Part shown: piece by piece, positions 49,941 through 59,924 of the stretch | Layout of the letters: every line of letters starts with the position of its first letter | How positions within the stretch are numbered: the stretch's first letter is position 1 | From: Trueperaceae bacterium | GTDB taxonomy: Bacteria > Deinococcota > Deinococci > Deinococcales > Trueperaceae | DNA: 64,000 nucleotides | Assembly (NCBI GenBank): GCA_965213925.1 | Contig: OZ243927.1 | Location: forward strand, 3,104,001-3,168,000 | Direction of reading: 5' to 3' | Program-made: the position numbers and the translations under genes | The notes under the pieces: model-generated | What the model was told of the DNA's origin: nothing | The model's database searches: none | What the model saw: the letters and a program-made list of their open reading frames with translations, nothing else

Positions 49941-51115
49941 GTGACGACCTCGCTTCACGCTTCACGAACTATCAGCGCATCGCGCTCATCACGGGCGTTG
50001 TCGGCTTAGGACTCCTGGCGTTCGGGGCATTTTTGAACCCCCAAGGCTTCTTCGAGTCCTACTTGTACGGCTTCCTCTTATGGCTCGGTCTCTCTCTAGG
50101 CTGCTTTTTCATCCTGATGCTCCAGTACGTCGCGGGTGGTCCGTGGGGCACGATGGTGCGCCGCCCGATGGAGGCGGGCATCATGGTCTTGCCCGTCATG
50201 GCGCTGCTGTTCGTGCCGCTGCTGTTCGGGATGGGCTACCTCTACGAATGGACAGACCCGGAAGTGGTCGCAAGTAGCACCTTCTTGATAGAAAAGACCG
50301 AATACCTCAACGTGCCCTTTTTCATCATCCGCAGCGCCATCTACTTCACCATTTGGGTGGGCGGTGCGTTCCTGTTTACACGCTGGTCGCGCAAGCAAGA
50401 AGAGGGCGCGGACATCTTCCAGTTTTTGCGCAATGTGAGCGCCCCCGGCATCATCATCTATATCTTGACGATGACCTTTGCCGCGATCGACTGGGGCATG
50501 TCCCTCACGCCGGAGTGGTTTTCCGGGATGTACGGCGTGATTTTTATGATCGGGCAGGCGCTCTCGGCGATGGCACTCGCGATTTTCATCACCGTGCTCT
50601 TTAGGGACCGCGAACCCTTTTCCAAGGTCTACAACGCCAAGCGTTTGCAGGACTTGGGCAACTTTTTAATGGCGTTCACCATGTTCTGGGCGTACGTGCA
50701 GATGTCGCAGTTCATCATCATCTGGTCGAACAACGTGGTGGAAACGGCGAGTTGGTACGTCTACCGTACCGACACGCAGTGGATATGGGTCTCAGCCTTC
50801 CTGCTCTTGTTTCACTTCTTCGTGCCCTTTTTAATTCTCTTCTCCCGCTGGGTCAAGCAAAAAGCGCGGGCGCTCATCTGGGTCGCCGCGTGGATGGTCT
50901 TCGCGCGCTTAGTCGACGTCTTCTGGATCGTCGTGCCCGCCTTTGACCGCGAAGGCTTCCCTCTCTTCTGGACGGACTTCGCCGCCGTAATCGGCATCGG
51001 CGGCATCTGGCTAGCCGTCTTCTTCTACCGCATCAAGCAGCGCGAAATTCTGCCGACGAAAGACCCGCGCGTTCAGAGTGCCTTGACGGGCATGGAAGCA
51101 GCCGCACATGACTGA
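49937..51115 (+). CDS. actF: Alternative complex III membrane subunit
   Basis: DW.MSL.P.W.S, DLG....F..FWAY...Q..IIW..N...E; about 10 TM helices. Confidence 0.9.
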   Translation: MSDDLASRFTNYQRIALITGVVGLGLLAFGAFLNPQGFFESYLYGFLLWLGLSLGCFFILMLQYVAGGPWGTMVRRPMEAGIMVLPVMALLFVPLLFGMGYLYEWTDPEVVASSTFLIEKTEYLNVPFFIIRSAIYFTIWVGGAFLFTRWSRKQEEGADIFQFLRNVSAPGIIIYILTMTFAAIDWGMSLTPEWFSGMYGVIFMIGQALSAMALAIFITVLFRDREPFSKVYNAKRLQDLGNFLMAFTMFWAYVQMSQFIIIWSNNVVETASWYVYRTDTQWIWVSAFLLLFHFFVPFLILFSRWVKQKARALIWVAAWMVFARLVDVFWIVVPAFDREGFPLFWTDFAAVIGIGGIWLAVFFYRIKQREILPTKDPRVQSALTGMEAAAHD

Positions 51116-52211
51116 TAACAATCAAGACGAAAAGAACAACGAAAGCGCGTACGACGAGCGCGAGGATATTCCCAATGAGATGGACCGCGAGGACGCCTCT
51201 GCTGAAGAACTCAGGCTCCAAGGAGGCGAAGTTCTCTCCGCCGACGAGACGCTCAGTCGCGAAGAGGACAACGCCCGCATTGATAGCGAAGAGCTGCGCC
51301 GCGAAGTCGAGGGCGGCGAGGGCATCGAGCTTGAGGACCCGCCGGAGCGCGACTACGCCATCAGTTCGAACATGGTGCGTAACCTCTTCATCGGCTCGGG
51401 CATCGGCGCGGTCGTCGTCATCGTGGTGATCCTGACGCTCACCTCTGCTATCGACCAAGCCCGCTACACGCCCGCCGACGAAACGCAGTATCAGCGCACG
51501 CTCACCTCTGCGACGCAAGAATTGAGCGGCTACGCGCAAAATGAAAACGGACGCGCGAGCATTCCTATAGAGCAGGCCATCGCGATTACTGCCGAGCGGG
51601 GCTTGAACGAGATCAACGCGGAACTGGGCGTGCCGACGCCGCAAGCGGGTCAGGGACAAGCGGCGCAGAGTCAGCCGACTCAGCCTGCACAGAATCAGGC
51701 AGAGGGGCAAGAGAACCAGCAGGCGCAACCGCAGCAGCAAGGTGAGACGCAGCAAGCAGCGCAAGATGCGGGGCAAGGAGCGAGTCAGAGTGAGCAAGGC
51801 GGCGGAAACGCTGTACCCGAGGTTCTCACCGCCGGCGAGAGCGTCTTCACCACAAACTGCGTATCGTGTCACCAGGCGGATGGTCAGGGCATCGCGGGCG
51901 CGTTCCCCAACCTTGCGAACCACGTGCCCGACCTCTACAACGCTGACAGAACGTACCTCATCAACGTGCAGCTCTACGGCCTGCAGGGGCAGATTCAGGT
52001 TGACGGACAGAGCTATAACGGCGTCATGACCGCCTGGGCGCAACTTGAGGACCAGGAGATCGCCGACGTGCTCAACTACGTTTCGACGGCGTGGGGTAAC
52101 AACCAAAACCTGCAAAACTTCGAGCCCTACACCCCCGAGCAGATTGCGGCGGAGCGAGATAAAGGGCTCAGCTCGAGCGACGTCTACAGCCAACGGCCAA
52201 ACCTGCAGTAG
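51108..52211 (+). CDS. ActG-like subunit fused through a Gln-rich linker to a c552-type monoheme cytochrome c
   Basis: Acidic N-terminus, one TM helix, L.GY...G...IPIEQA motif, Q/A/G linker, CVSCH...GAFP.L...YNGVM. Confidence 0.75.
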   Translation: MTDNNQDEKNNESAYDEREDIPNEMDREDASAEELRLQGGEVLSADETLSREEDNARIDSEELRREVEGGEGIELEDPPERDYAISSNMVRNLFIGSGIGAVVVIVVILTLTSAIDQARYTPADETQYQRTLTSATQELSGYAQNENGRASIPIEQAIAITAERGLNEINAELGVPTPQAGQGQAAQSQPTQPAQNQAEGQENQQAQPQQQGETQQAAQDAGQGASQSEQGGGNAVPEVLTAGESVFTTNCVSCHQADGQGIAGAFPNLANHVPDLYNADRTYLINVQLYGLQGQIQVDGQSYNGVMTAWAQLEDQEIADVLNYVSTAWGNNQNLQNFEPYTPEQIAAERDKGLSSSDVYSQRPNLQ

Positions 52212-52236
52212 ATTTGTAAAACGCTAAAATCAGCAG

Positions 52237-52271
52237 ACGAGAGAGGTGGCGAAGTTCGCCACCTCTCTCGT
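52237..52271. terminator. 17-bp inverted repeat after the act operon
   Basis: ACGAGAGAGGTGGCGAA-G-TTCGCCACCTCTCTCGT. Confidence 0.7.
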
Positions 52272-52427
52272 AGGAGCAGCTCGAGCCTCCTGCCAGACTG
52301 GAAAGGGTTTTCGTTCCCTACCACGTCCCCAGCACGCGCTGGAATTCGGTCATCACCACGGCTCGGGTCGTGCTCGGGCAAGGCCTCCAAACTCGCCTCC
52401 CACAGCTCCAAATCTTCCTCCAACCGC

Positions 52428-53245
52428 TTAGACAGATCGAGACCCCGTCTCAGAGAGTTCTCTAAGGCCGACTTCACAGCGTGCCAGGGCGTCTTTCGCA
52501 GCGTCCTGACGTCCGAGTAAAAGGTGCGCCTTTGCGAGATACAAACAGGCGGAGACCAGATGGTCACCCTTGAGTGCTGCAGCGAGTTCGTCGCACGTCT
52601 GCTCGAGGGGCGCGACCGCCGCCTCCGGCTCCGTGAGCGCGAGGACCATCCCATAAGAAAGTCTCGCGTAAATGCCCGCCTGCACCGGTACGTCTTGCAG
52701 AAAAAGGTAATGCTTGCGGGCTAACGCGCCCGCCCTCTCCACCTCGTTGTTGTGGAGAAGACTCTGAACGGCGTTGTAGAGAAAGTAAGGCAGCACGTTC
52801 CAGCTCTGCGAGGCGAGTTGGTCTTCGAACAGCGCCAGGTTTTGGAGGTAATTCGCCGAGGCAGCCTCGGTTTGCCCCTGCGAAAGCCAATAGTCGCCCA
52901 ACGTCGAGCGAAAGCCGCTGGCTCTTTTGGGAGAGGCGACTCCAAGCGCTTCGACCTCGCGCTCCAGCACGTCGCGCAGCCCTACCGTCTCGCCGATGAG
53001 GATGCGGGTGTACGCCAAGTTGGAGAGCGTATGGAGCCTGAGCTGCCAGTTGCCCCCTTTCGCCGCGCCGAAAATTGTCAACGCTCTTTCCAACCACGAG
53101 ACCGCTTCGCGATATCCGCCGAGCAGCCCGAGGGGAAACGCGACCATCATCGTTGCGCTGGCGCGTTTAAGAGGATGTGACGTCGTTTCGGCGAGCAGGG
53201 TAAGCTTGCGGAGCACGGTTAGACCTTTCTCCGGGTTTCGTCGGC
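52428..53245 (-). pseudogene. Fragment of a large helical/TPR-type protein (possibly a regulator), 5' truncated
   Basis: No RBS; the frame hits a stop at 53265-53267 inside the opposite-strand MFS fragment; TPR-like helices; apparent frame break near 52430. Confidence 0.5.
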
Positions 53246-53668
53246 GGCGGCGTTTGCACCGTACTCACAGGCTACATCTCCGACCGCTACGTCCGCAAAG
53301 AAGTACTTTTAGTCTGCGGCTACGCGCTCAACACGATGTTTACCTTTGGCTACCTCTTCGTGGACTCGGCGGGCGACTTGCTCTTGGTCCAAGTCGGGTT
53401 GGGTATCGCCTCCGCACTCGCAACGCCTACCTGGGACGCGCTCTACGCCGAAGGCGACACCGAGACGAGCGGCGGACTCCGTTGGGGCTTAGCGGGCGGG
53501 CAAGCCGAGATTCTCACGGGCGTCGCTATCCTGTTGGGCGGGCTTATCGTCACGCACGTTTCGTTCACGGCACTTTTCATCACAATGGGCACCCTGCAAG
53601 CAGTCGCGACGCTCTACCAGGCGCAGATTTTAAGGCCGAACTATGAGCGCGTTTCACTGAGTCGGTAA
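53240..53668 (+). pseudogene. 5'-truncated small MFS-type membrane protein
   Basis: In-frame sequence upstream of Met 53336 reads GVCTVLTGYISDRYVRKEVLL (MFS motif A), but there is no start codon back to the stop at 53201. Confidence 0.55.
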
Positions 53669-53922
53669 CTCGGCGTAGGGTTGTAGAGGTTTGGCAGATT
53701 GAGTTGAAGAATTTGTACGAACCAGCAAGAGGTCTGCGTTGCCAATAAGCAGACCTCTTGCTCCAGGTTGGGGCTAGGGGCCTGTACCCCTGTATCCTCA
53801 GCATCCGCATCCTCAACATCCGCGCCCCTCCCCATAAAAAGCATGTACAATACGGATACATTGTCAAGTTTAAGTGCAGATGCGGCCCTTACCCACACAT
53901 TTTGCCGCAGAAAGGACGCTTT

Positions 53923-55506
53923 ATGTTGAGTCTCGCTTCGTTCGTCCAGGAACATGCCCTTCGCACGCCCGAGCGCACCGCTATACGCATGGGGGAGAAA
54001 TCCTACACTTACGCGCAGCTTAACGCGATGGCGAACGCCGTAGCTAACTACGTGGTCGAGCAGGGACTAGGGCCCGGCGACCACGTCGCGCTCTCCTGCC
54101 CGAACCTCCCTTACTTTCCGGTGGTCTACTACGGCATCCTCAAAGCGGGCTGCGTCGTCGTGCCGCTCAATGTCCTCCTTAAAGCGCCCGAAATCGAGTA
54201 TCACTTAAACGACTCGAACGCGAAAGCCTACTTTGTGTTCGAAGGCACCGACGAGTTGCCGATGGCGAAAGCGGGCGCAGCAGCCTTTGAGAAGGTGGAC
54301 GCCTGCAAACACCTCGTCGTGATGACCGCCGACCCCGCCGCGCCGAGTCCAATCGAGGACACCACCACACTCGGGCAGATTCTGAATTCGCAGTCTAAAG
54401 GGTTCGAACTCGTGCCCCGGCAAGCCACGGATACCGCCGTCATCCTCTACACCAGCGGCACGACCGGGCGACCCAAAGGCGCGGAGCTGAGCCAGCTCAA
54501 CATGGCGCTCAACGCGATGATCTCGGTTGACCTCATCGGCGGCAAAGGCGTCGCGAAAGACCACGTCTTCATGATGGTCCTGCCGCTCTTCCACTCCTTC
54601 GGGCAGACCTGCGGCATGAACGCCATGTTCTACGCGGGCGGGCAGATCACTATGCTGCCGCGCTTTGACGCGGCGGGCGCATTGGGGACGATGCAGGCGC
54701 ACGACGTGACCGTCTTCGCAGGCGTGCCGACGATGTACTGGGGACTCTTAGGCGAAGCGAAAGGTCTCTCGGACGACGCTAAGGACAAGCTGAGGTCCTC
54801 CTTGCAGTATTGCATGAGCGGCGGCTCGGCTTTGGCCGTTGAACTCTTGGGCAACTTCGAGGACGCTTTTCAAGTGCCGATTATGGAAGGCTACGGGCTC
54901 TCCGAGACGAGCCCCGTAGCAAGCTTTAACCACGCCGACCGGGAGCGCAAGCCGGGCACGGTAGGTCAAGCGATCTTCGGTGTAGAGATCAAAGTCGTGG
55001 ATGAGGACGACCAAGAGGTTCCCGCTGGCGAGTCGGGTGAAATTATCATCCGCGGTCATAACGTGATGAAAGGCTATCTTGACCGTCCCGAAGAGACCGA
55101 AGAGGCGCTGCGCGGCGGCTGGTTCCACACGGGCGACGTAGGCGTCATGGACGAAGACGGTTACGTCTCCATCGTAGACCGCATCAAGGACATGATCGTG
55201 AGAGGCGGCTACAACGTCTACCCGAGGGAGGTCGAAGAGGTCTTGATGACCCACGACGCCGTCTCGCTCGCCGCCGTGATCGGCATTCCGAGCGAAGAAC
55301 ACGGCGAAGAGATTGCGGCGTATGTGGTGTTGGAGGATGACGCGCAAGCCTCAGAGGACGAAATCGTCGCGTGGAGCAAGGAGCAGATGGCGGCGTACAA
55401 GTATCCGCGCGAGGTCAACTTCGTGGAGAGCTTGCCGATGAACGCGACGGGGAAGATTTTGCGGCGCGAACTCCGGGAAGAGGCGAAGGAAGAGGTCTCG
55501 GCGTAA
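53923..55506 (+). CDS. fadD: Long-chain fatty acid--CoA ligase
   Basis: YTSGTTGRPKG, EGYGLSETSP, WFHTGD, TGKILRR; AAAGGA RBS before ATG 53923. Confidence 0.92.
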   Translation: MLSLASFVQEHALRTPERTAIRMGEKSYTYAQLNAMANAVANYVVEQGLGPGDHVALSCPNLPYFPVVYYGILKAGCVVVPLNVLLKAPEIEYHLNDSNAKAYFVFEGTDELPMAKAGAAAFEKVDACKHLVVMTADPAAPSPIEDTTTLGQILNSQSKGFELVPRQATDTAVILYTSGTTGRPKGAELSQLNMALNAMISVDLIGGKGVAKDHVFMMVLPLFHSFGQTCGMNAMFYAGGQITMLPRFDAAGALGTMQAHDVTVFAGVPTMYWGLLGEAKGLSDDAKDKLRSSLQYCMSGGSALAVELLGNFEDAFQVPIMEGYGLSETSPVASFNHADRERKPGTVGQAIFGVEIKVVDEDDQEVPAGESGEIIIRGHNVMKGYLDRPEETEEALRGGWFHTGDVGVMDEDGYVSIVDRIKDMIVRGGYNVYPREVEEVLMTHDAVSLAAVIGIPSEEHGEEIAAYVVLEDDAQASEDEIVAWSKEQMAAYKYPREVNFVESLPMNATGKILRRELREEAKEEVSA

Positions 55507-55573
55507 AGAGGTTAGAATGACAATTATGAAGTGGAGAGACTTTGCCATGTAAGACCACTAGGAGGGGTCATAC

Positions 55574-55942
55574 ATGGCAGGAAGAATTTACAAGAAACAT
55601 CAGAAGCGGCGGCAGGCAGCTTTACGCAACTACCGCCGCTATACGCTTCACTTCGACTCTGTCTATAGCTTAGAGAGGTTTGAGCCCTACCGAACACAGC
55701 AAGATCTATGGAAAGCGCAAGAGCGTAAGCGTTTCAAGGGCGTGCTCGAGTACCAGAAGCTCCTTCACCGCAATCAGACCACATATAGACGTGGCGTCAA
55801 GCACTACAAACGCAAATATCACAAAATACGCCGAAGACAAAGCCAAGCACTCTGCTACTACGCTTTTCACGAAGACGAAGCCGAGTTCGATAAGATTGTA
55901 CCTGAAGACTTCCGAGGCGCAATTAGCTGTGACATTTGGTGA
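55574..55942 (+). CDS. Hypothetical, highly basic small protein
   Basis: 122 aa; GGAGG RBS; K/R/H/Y-rich with an acidic C-terminal end. Confidence 0.65.
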   Translation: MAGRIYKKHQKRRQAALRNYRRYTLHFDSVYSLERFEPYRTQQDLWKAQERKRFKGVLEYQKLLHRNQTTYRRGVKHYKRKYHKIRRRQSQALCYYAFHEDEAEFDKIVPEDFRGAISCDIW

Positions 55943-55989
55943 TCTGAACGGATGGTTTGCAAGCGGTCAAGCCTTGAGCCTATAACCTT

Positions 55990-56034
55990 AGAGACCCAGC
56001 CCAGCGTACAAAACGCATCGAGGGCTGGGTCTCT
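55990..56034 (+). terminator. 13-bp hairpin
   Basis: AGAGACCCAGCCC...GGGCTGGGTCTCT. Confidence 0.55.
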
Positions 56035-56096
56035 GCTACTCTAAATACAAAGCTAAATCCGCTAACGAAATCCCCATTCAATAAAGGAGCCAATTC

Positions 56097-57266
56097 ATGA
56101 GAGACGCTGTTATCGTCACCGCCATCCGCACCCCCGTCGGACGCGCCAAAAAAGGAAACCTGAGAGACACCCGCCCGGATGACTTGGCAGGCTTCATCAT
56201 TCGCGAAGCAGTGGAGCGCACGCCGGGTTTAGACGTGAGCCGCGTCAACGACGTACTGCTGGGCAACGCCCACCCCGAGGGCGAAGCGGGCTACAACATG
56301 GCGCGCATCGCCGCGCAAATTGCCGACCTACCCGAGAGCGTCGCGGGCGCGACCATCAACCGCTTTTGCGCGTCGGGGCTTCAAACGATGGTGCAAGGCG
56401 CACACGCGGTCATGCTCGGCATGTCGGACGTGGTCTTAGCGGGCGGGAGCGACTGCACCAGCCGCGTGCCGATGGGCGGGCACAACATGGCGATTAACAA
56501 GTCGCTCTATAGGCGCAACCCCGGCGCGTACCATACGATGGGGCAAACCGCCGAGGCGGTGGCGCGCAAGTTCGGCATCACCCGCGAGGAGCAGGACCGC
56601 TTCGCGCTCCGCAGCCATCAGAGGGCGGTGGCGGCGCAGGAGGCGTGTAAGTTCGACGGACATGTCATCCCCGTGCCGACGCGCGTCAAGGATGAAGAGG
56701 GTTGGCACGACGTAACGGTCTCGAAAGACGAAGGTCCGCGTGCGAATACGAGTATGGAGACACTCGCCTCACTCAAAACCGTTTTTGCCGACGACGAACA
56801 GGCGACAGTGACGGCGGGGAACTCGAGCCCCATGAACGACGGCGCAGCCATTACCCTCATCATGAGCGAGGAAGAAGCCAAAGCGCAAGGGTTCACCCCG
56901 CTCGCCAAGTTCGTTCAGGCCGCCGCCGTCGGCGTGCCGCCCGAAATCATGGGCGTCGGTCCGGTGCCCGCGATTCGCAGCCTGTTGGAGAAAACGGGCA
57001 TGACGGTTGACGACATTGACCTTATCGAAATTAACGAGGCCTTCGCCAGCCAGTGTTACTACGCCCAACAAGAACTCGGCATCCCCGACGAGAAGCTCAA
57101 CGTTAATGGCGGCGCGATCGCCATCGGTCATCCTTTAGGCGCGACGGGCGCGCGTATCGCTTCAGACCTCTTCGCGGAGATGAAGCGCCGTGACGCGGAG
57201 TACGGCATCGTCTCGATGTGCGTCGGCGGTGGTCAGGGCATGGCGGGGCTCTTCAGGCGCGTTTAA
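56097..57266 (+). CDS. Acetyl-CoA C-acyltransferase (thiolase)
   Basis: NRFCASG, NEAFA, GHPLGATG, MCVGGGQG. Confidence 0.96.
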   Translation: MRDAVIVTAIRTPVGRAKKGNLRDTRPDDLAGFIIREAVERTPGLDVSRVNDVLLGNAHPEGEAGYNMARIAAQIADLPESVAGATINRFCASGLQTMVQGAHAVMLGMSDVVLAGGSDCTSRVPMGGHNMAINKSLYRRNPGAYHTMGQTAEAVARKFGITREEQDRFALRSHQRAVAAQEACKFDGHVIPVPTRVKDEEGWHDVTVSKDEGPRANTSMETLASLKTVFADDEQATVTAGNSSPMNDGAAITLIMSEEEAKAQGFTPLAKFVQAAAVGVPPEIMGVGPVPAIRSLLEKTGMTVDDIDLIEINEAFASQCYYAQQELGIPDEKLNVNGGAIAIGHPLGATGARIASDLFAEMKRRDAEYGIVSMCVGGGQGMAGLFRRV

Positions 57267-57314
57267 TCCCGAACAGCGGGCAAAATAGACCCGTACAGAC
57301 GGCACCGCTAATTC

Positions 57315-57343
57315 GTAGGGGCGGGTTTGAAACCCGCCCCTAC
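57315..57343. repeat. GTAG-type REP palindrome
   Basis: GTAGGGGCGGGTTTGAAACCCGCCCCTAC between convergent genes. Confidence 0.75.
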
Positions 57344-57424
57344 CACGCCAATAAACTCCCTGTAACGATGATCGGCTTTGTAGCGCCGCAAATTACGCCA
57401 TCAGTCGCCCCTACACCGCGCCGC

Positions 57425-59479
57425 CTAGTCCGTAGCGGCGACTGTTTCCCGTCCCAAATTGCGCCGCAGGAGCGCCCCTACGTCGGGGTCGCGCCCCATG
57501 AATTCGCGGAACAGCTCGTCCGCGTCGGCACTGTCGCCGCGTGAGAGGATGGCGTCTACATAGTCGCGCCCCGTCTCGCGGCTAAAGATACCCTCGTTTT
57601 GAAAGCGACTAAAAGCGTCCGCGTCTAGGACCTCCGACCACTTGTAGGAGTAGTAGCCCGCCGCGTAGCTGCCCGTGAAGACGTGGGTAAAGCCCGTCAG
57701 GAAGGAGTTGTGTGCGAACTCGGGCTTGATGCTAAAAGGCTCCATCACCCTCTGACCGAACGAGATAGCGTCACCGTGGGCCTCGGGGTCGTAGTCGATA
57801 TGGAGCGACAAATCCACCGTACCGAACGAGAGTTGGCGCATCTGCATGTTCGCCGCCATAAAAGTCTTAGCGGCTTGCATCTTCCGGAACAGCTCGTCGG
57901 GCAGAGGCTCGTCCGTCTCGTAGTGTCTGGCGAAGAGGTCTAGTGCGCCCCTCTCCCAAGTCCAGTTCTCCATGATCTGCGAGGGAAGTTCGACCCAGTC
58001 GCGGGGAACGTTGGTGCCTGCGCGGGCGGGGATTTCGACCCTCGACAAGCAGTGGTGCAGCAGGTGCCCGAACTCGTGAAACGTCGTCTCGACCTCTCTA
58101 TGGGTCAGCAGCGCGGGCTTGCCCTCTTGCGGCGGCGAGAAGTTGCCGACCATGAGCCCCAAGTGCGGCTCGAATTCCCCGTCCCCCTCTTCGTTATTTG
58201 CGCGTCGCGGTCCCCCCGTAATAAACGAGTTCATCCACGCGCCGCCATTTTTCGACTCGCGCGGGAACCAGTCGGCGTAAAAGGAGCCTAAGTGCGTGCC
58301 GTTCTCGCCGTGAATATCGTAAAACTTAACCTCGGGGTGCCAGACCTCGTCGATGTCGCGCTCCGTAACGCTGATGCCGAAAATTCGCCCAGCAATCTCG
58401 AAAAGCCCCTGGAGCACGCGGTTGACCGGGAAGTAGGGGCGGAGCGCCTCCGCGTCTAGGTCGTACTTCGACTGGCGGAGCTTCTCTGAAACATACGAGG
58501 TATCCCAAGGTTGCAAGTTGTCTATGTCTAGCGTGCGGGCGAACTCGGTGAGTTCTTTCACCTCTTCGCGCCAGAAGGGTTCAGTTTTCTCGAACAGTTC
58601 GCGCTCGAAGTCGACAGCGGCGTCACCCGTTTTGACCATATTGACCTCTAGGCGGTAGTCCGCGAAGTCTTTATAGCCCATGAGTTGGGCTAGCTCGCGG
58701 CGTAGCTTGAGGATTTGCTCGAGCAGCGCCCTGTTATCCGTCTCCCCTTCAGAGGCGCGGCTCACATAAGCGCTCTGAAGTTTCTGGCGGAGTTCGCGGT
58801 TGTCGGCGTACTGCAAAAAAGGCACCAGCGAGGGCGCTTGCAGCGTGAAGCGGTAGCCCTCTAGTCCTTTCGCCTCCGCACTCGCTCTGGCTTGCCGCAG
58901 GGCGGAGTCAGGCAGGCCCGACAGCTCCGCTTCGTCCGTGACGACAAGTTCAAAGGCGTTGGTCGCGTCTAGGACGTTCTCGGCGAACTTGGTATGGAGC
59001 TGTGAGAGTTCGATTTTGATGGCTTCCGCCCTAGACTTTTCGTCCGTAGGCAAATCCGCGCCCGCGCGCACGAAGCTCTGCACGAGCTTGTCCAGGTGGC
59101 GCTTGCGGATGCCCGTCAAGGCTTTCGCCTCGGACGTTTCGCTGTACTCCTTAATGGCTCGCCACAATGCGTCGTTGAGGGGTAACTTGGCGTAAAAGGC
59201 GGAGAACTCGGGCAGGACGGCGTTATACGCGGTGCGCAACTCGGGGCTGCTCACGACGGAGGTGAGGTGATACGCGAGACCGACCGCGCGGTCTAGGCGC
59301 TCCTCTAAGGTGTCGAGTGCCTGGATGGTGTTTTCATAGGTGCGCACGCCGGGAAAAGCCGTCAGCGCGTCCAAATCCTTCTGCGCTTGGGTCAGCGCCT
59401 CTCGGACGCCGGGCTCGATGTGTTCGGGTTTAATTTTGTCGAAGGGGATGCGAAAGTCTCGAGATAACAGCGGGTTCAT
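57425..59479 (-). CDS. prlC: M3-family oligopeptidase A
   Basis: K.GGAWM, FHEFGH, VELPSQ.MENW, AGYYSYKWSEVLDAD. Confidence 0.93.
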   Translation of the reverse strand: MNPLLSRDFRIPFDKIKPEHIEPGVREALTQAQKDLDALTAFPGVRTYENTIQALDTLEERLDRAVGLAYHLTSVVSSPELRTAYNAVLPEFSAFYAKLPLNDALWRAIKEYSETSEAKALTGIRKRHLDKLVQSFVRAGADLPTDEKSRAEAIKIELSQLHTKFAENVLDATNAFELVVTDEAELSGLPDSALRQARASAEAKGLEGYRFTLQAPSLVPFLQYADNRELRQKLQSAYVSRASEGETDNRALLEQILKLRRELAQLMGYKDFADYRLEVNMVKTGDAAVDFERELFEKTEPFWREEVKELTEFARTLDIDNLQPWDTSYVSEKLRQSKYDLDAEALRPYFPVNRVLQGLFEIAGRIFGISVTERDIDEVWHPEVKFYDIHGENGTHLGSFYADWFPRESKNGGAWMNSFITGGPRRANNEEGDGEFEPHLGLMVGNFSPPQEGKPALLTHREVETTFHEFGHLLHHCLSRVEIPARAGTNVPRDWVELPSQIMENWTWERGALDLFARHYETDEPLPDELFRKMQAAKTFMAANMQMRQLSFGTVDLSLHIDYDPEAHGDAISFGQRVMEPFSIKPEFAHNSFLTGFTHVFTGSYAAGYYSYKWSEVLDADAFSRFQNEGIFSRETGRDYVDAILSRGDSADADELFREFMGRDPDVGALLRRNLGRETVAATD

Positions 59480-59687
59480 AAAAGTACTCCTCTAATCACT
59501 CCAGTCTATCACGCAACGTAGGCAGTCCTGTGAGCCGGGCGCAAGAATTTGTCCTCGATTTCGCATCCGCTCGAGGAAAGAAGTAAACTAGTCAGACCGT
59601 TTTGCGCAACGTTGTTTCTGCAATACCGTCACGGTAGCGACTCGCCGCACCTACTCGTAAGCTCGCGTTCAATCACGAGGAGACCAT

Positions 59688-59924
59688 ATGGATATCAAAG
59701 AGGTTAGAAAGAGACACGCCGACGAATTGATGGTACTGCCCAATGTAACAGGTGTCGGCGTCGGAGAGCGGGATGGGATACAAGTCATCAAGGTCTTCGT
59801 GGTGCGCAAGCTGCCTTTAGAGGCACTTTCAGCGTCAGAACGTGTGCCGCGTGAGGTAGAGGGTGTCCCTTGTGACGTCGAAGAGATAGGCGTCGTGAGC
59901 GCGCACAGCGCAGAGGCGTCATGA
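59688..59924 (+). CDS. 78-aa protein homologous to the N-terminal domain of the downstream protease
   Basis: GAGGAG RBS; PNVTGVGVG...VFVVRK...VP..VEG...DV..IG motif; ATGA overlap with the next gene. Confidence 0.8.
   Translation: MDIKEVRKRHADELMVLPNVTGVGVGERDGIQVIKVFVVRKLPLEALSASERVPREVEGVPCDVEEIGVVSAHSAEAS

Noticed and set aside
51033..52193. 386-aa minus-strand ORF
   Set aside because: Antisense shadow of the ActG/cytochrome c gene. The many other overlapping ORFs in the track are likewise GC-rich shadows.
53758..53922. N-terminal extension of fadD given in the ORF track (similar extensions for nrdJ, purH, gntK, MFS, helicase)
   Set aside because: Downstream ATGs fit RBS position and/or family N-termini better.
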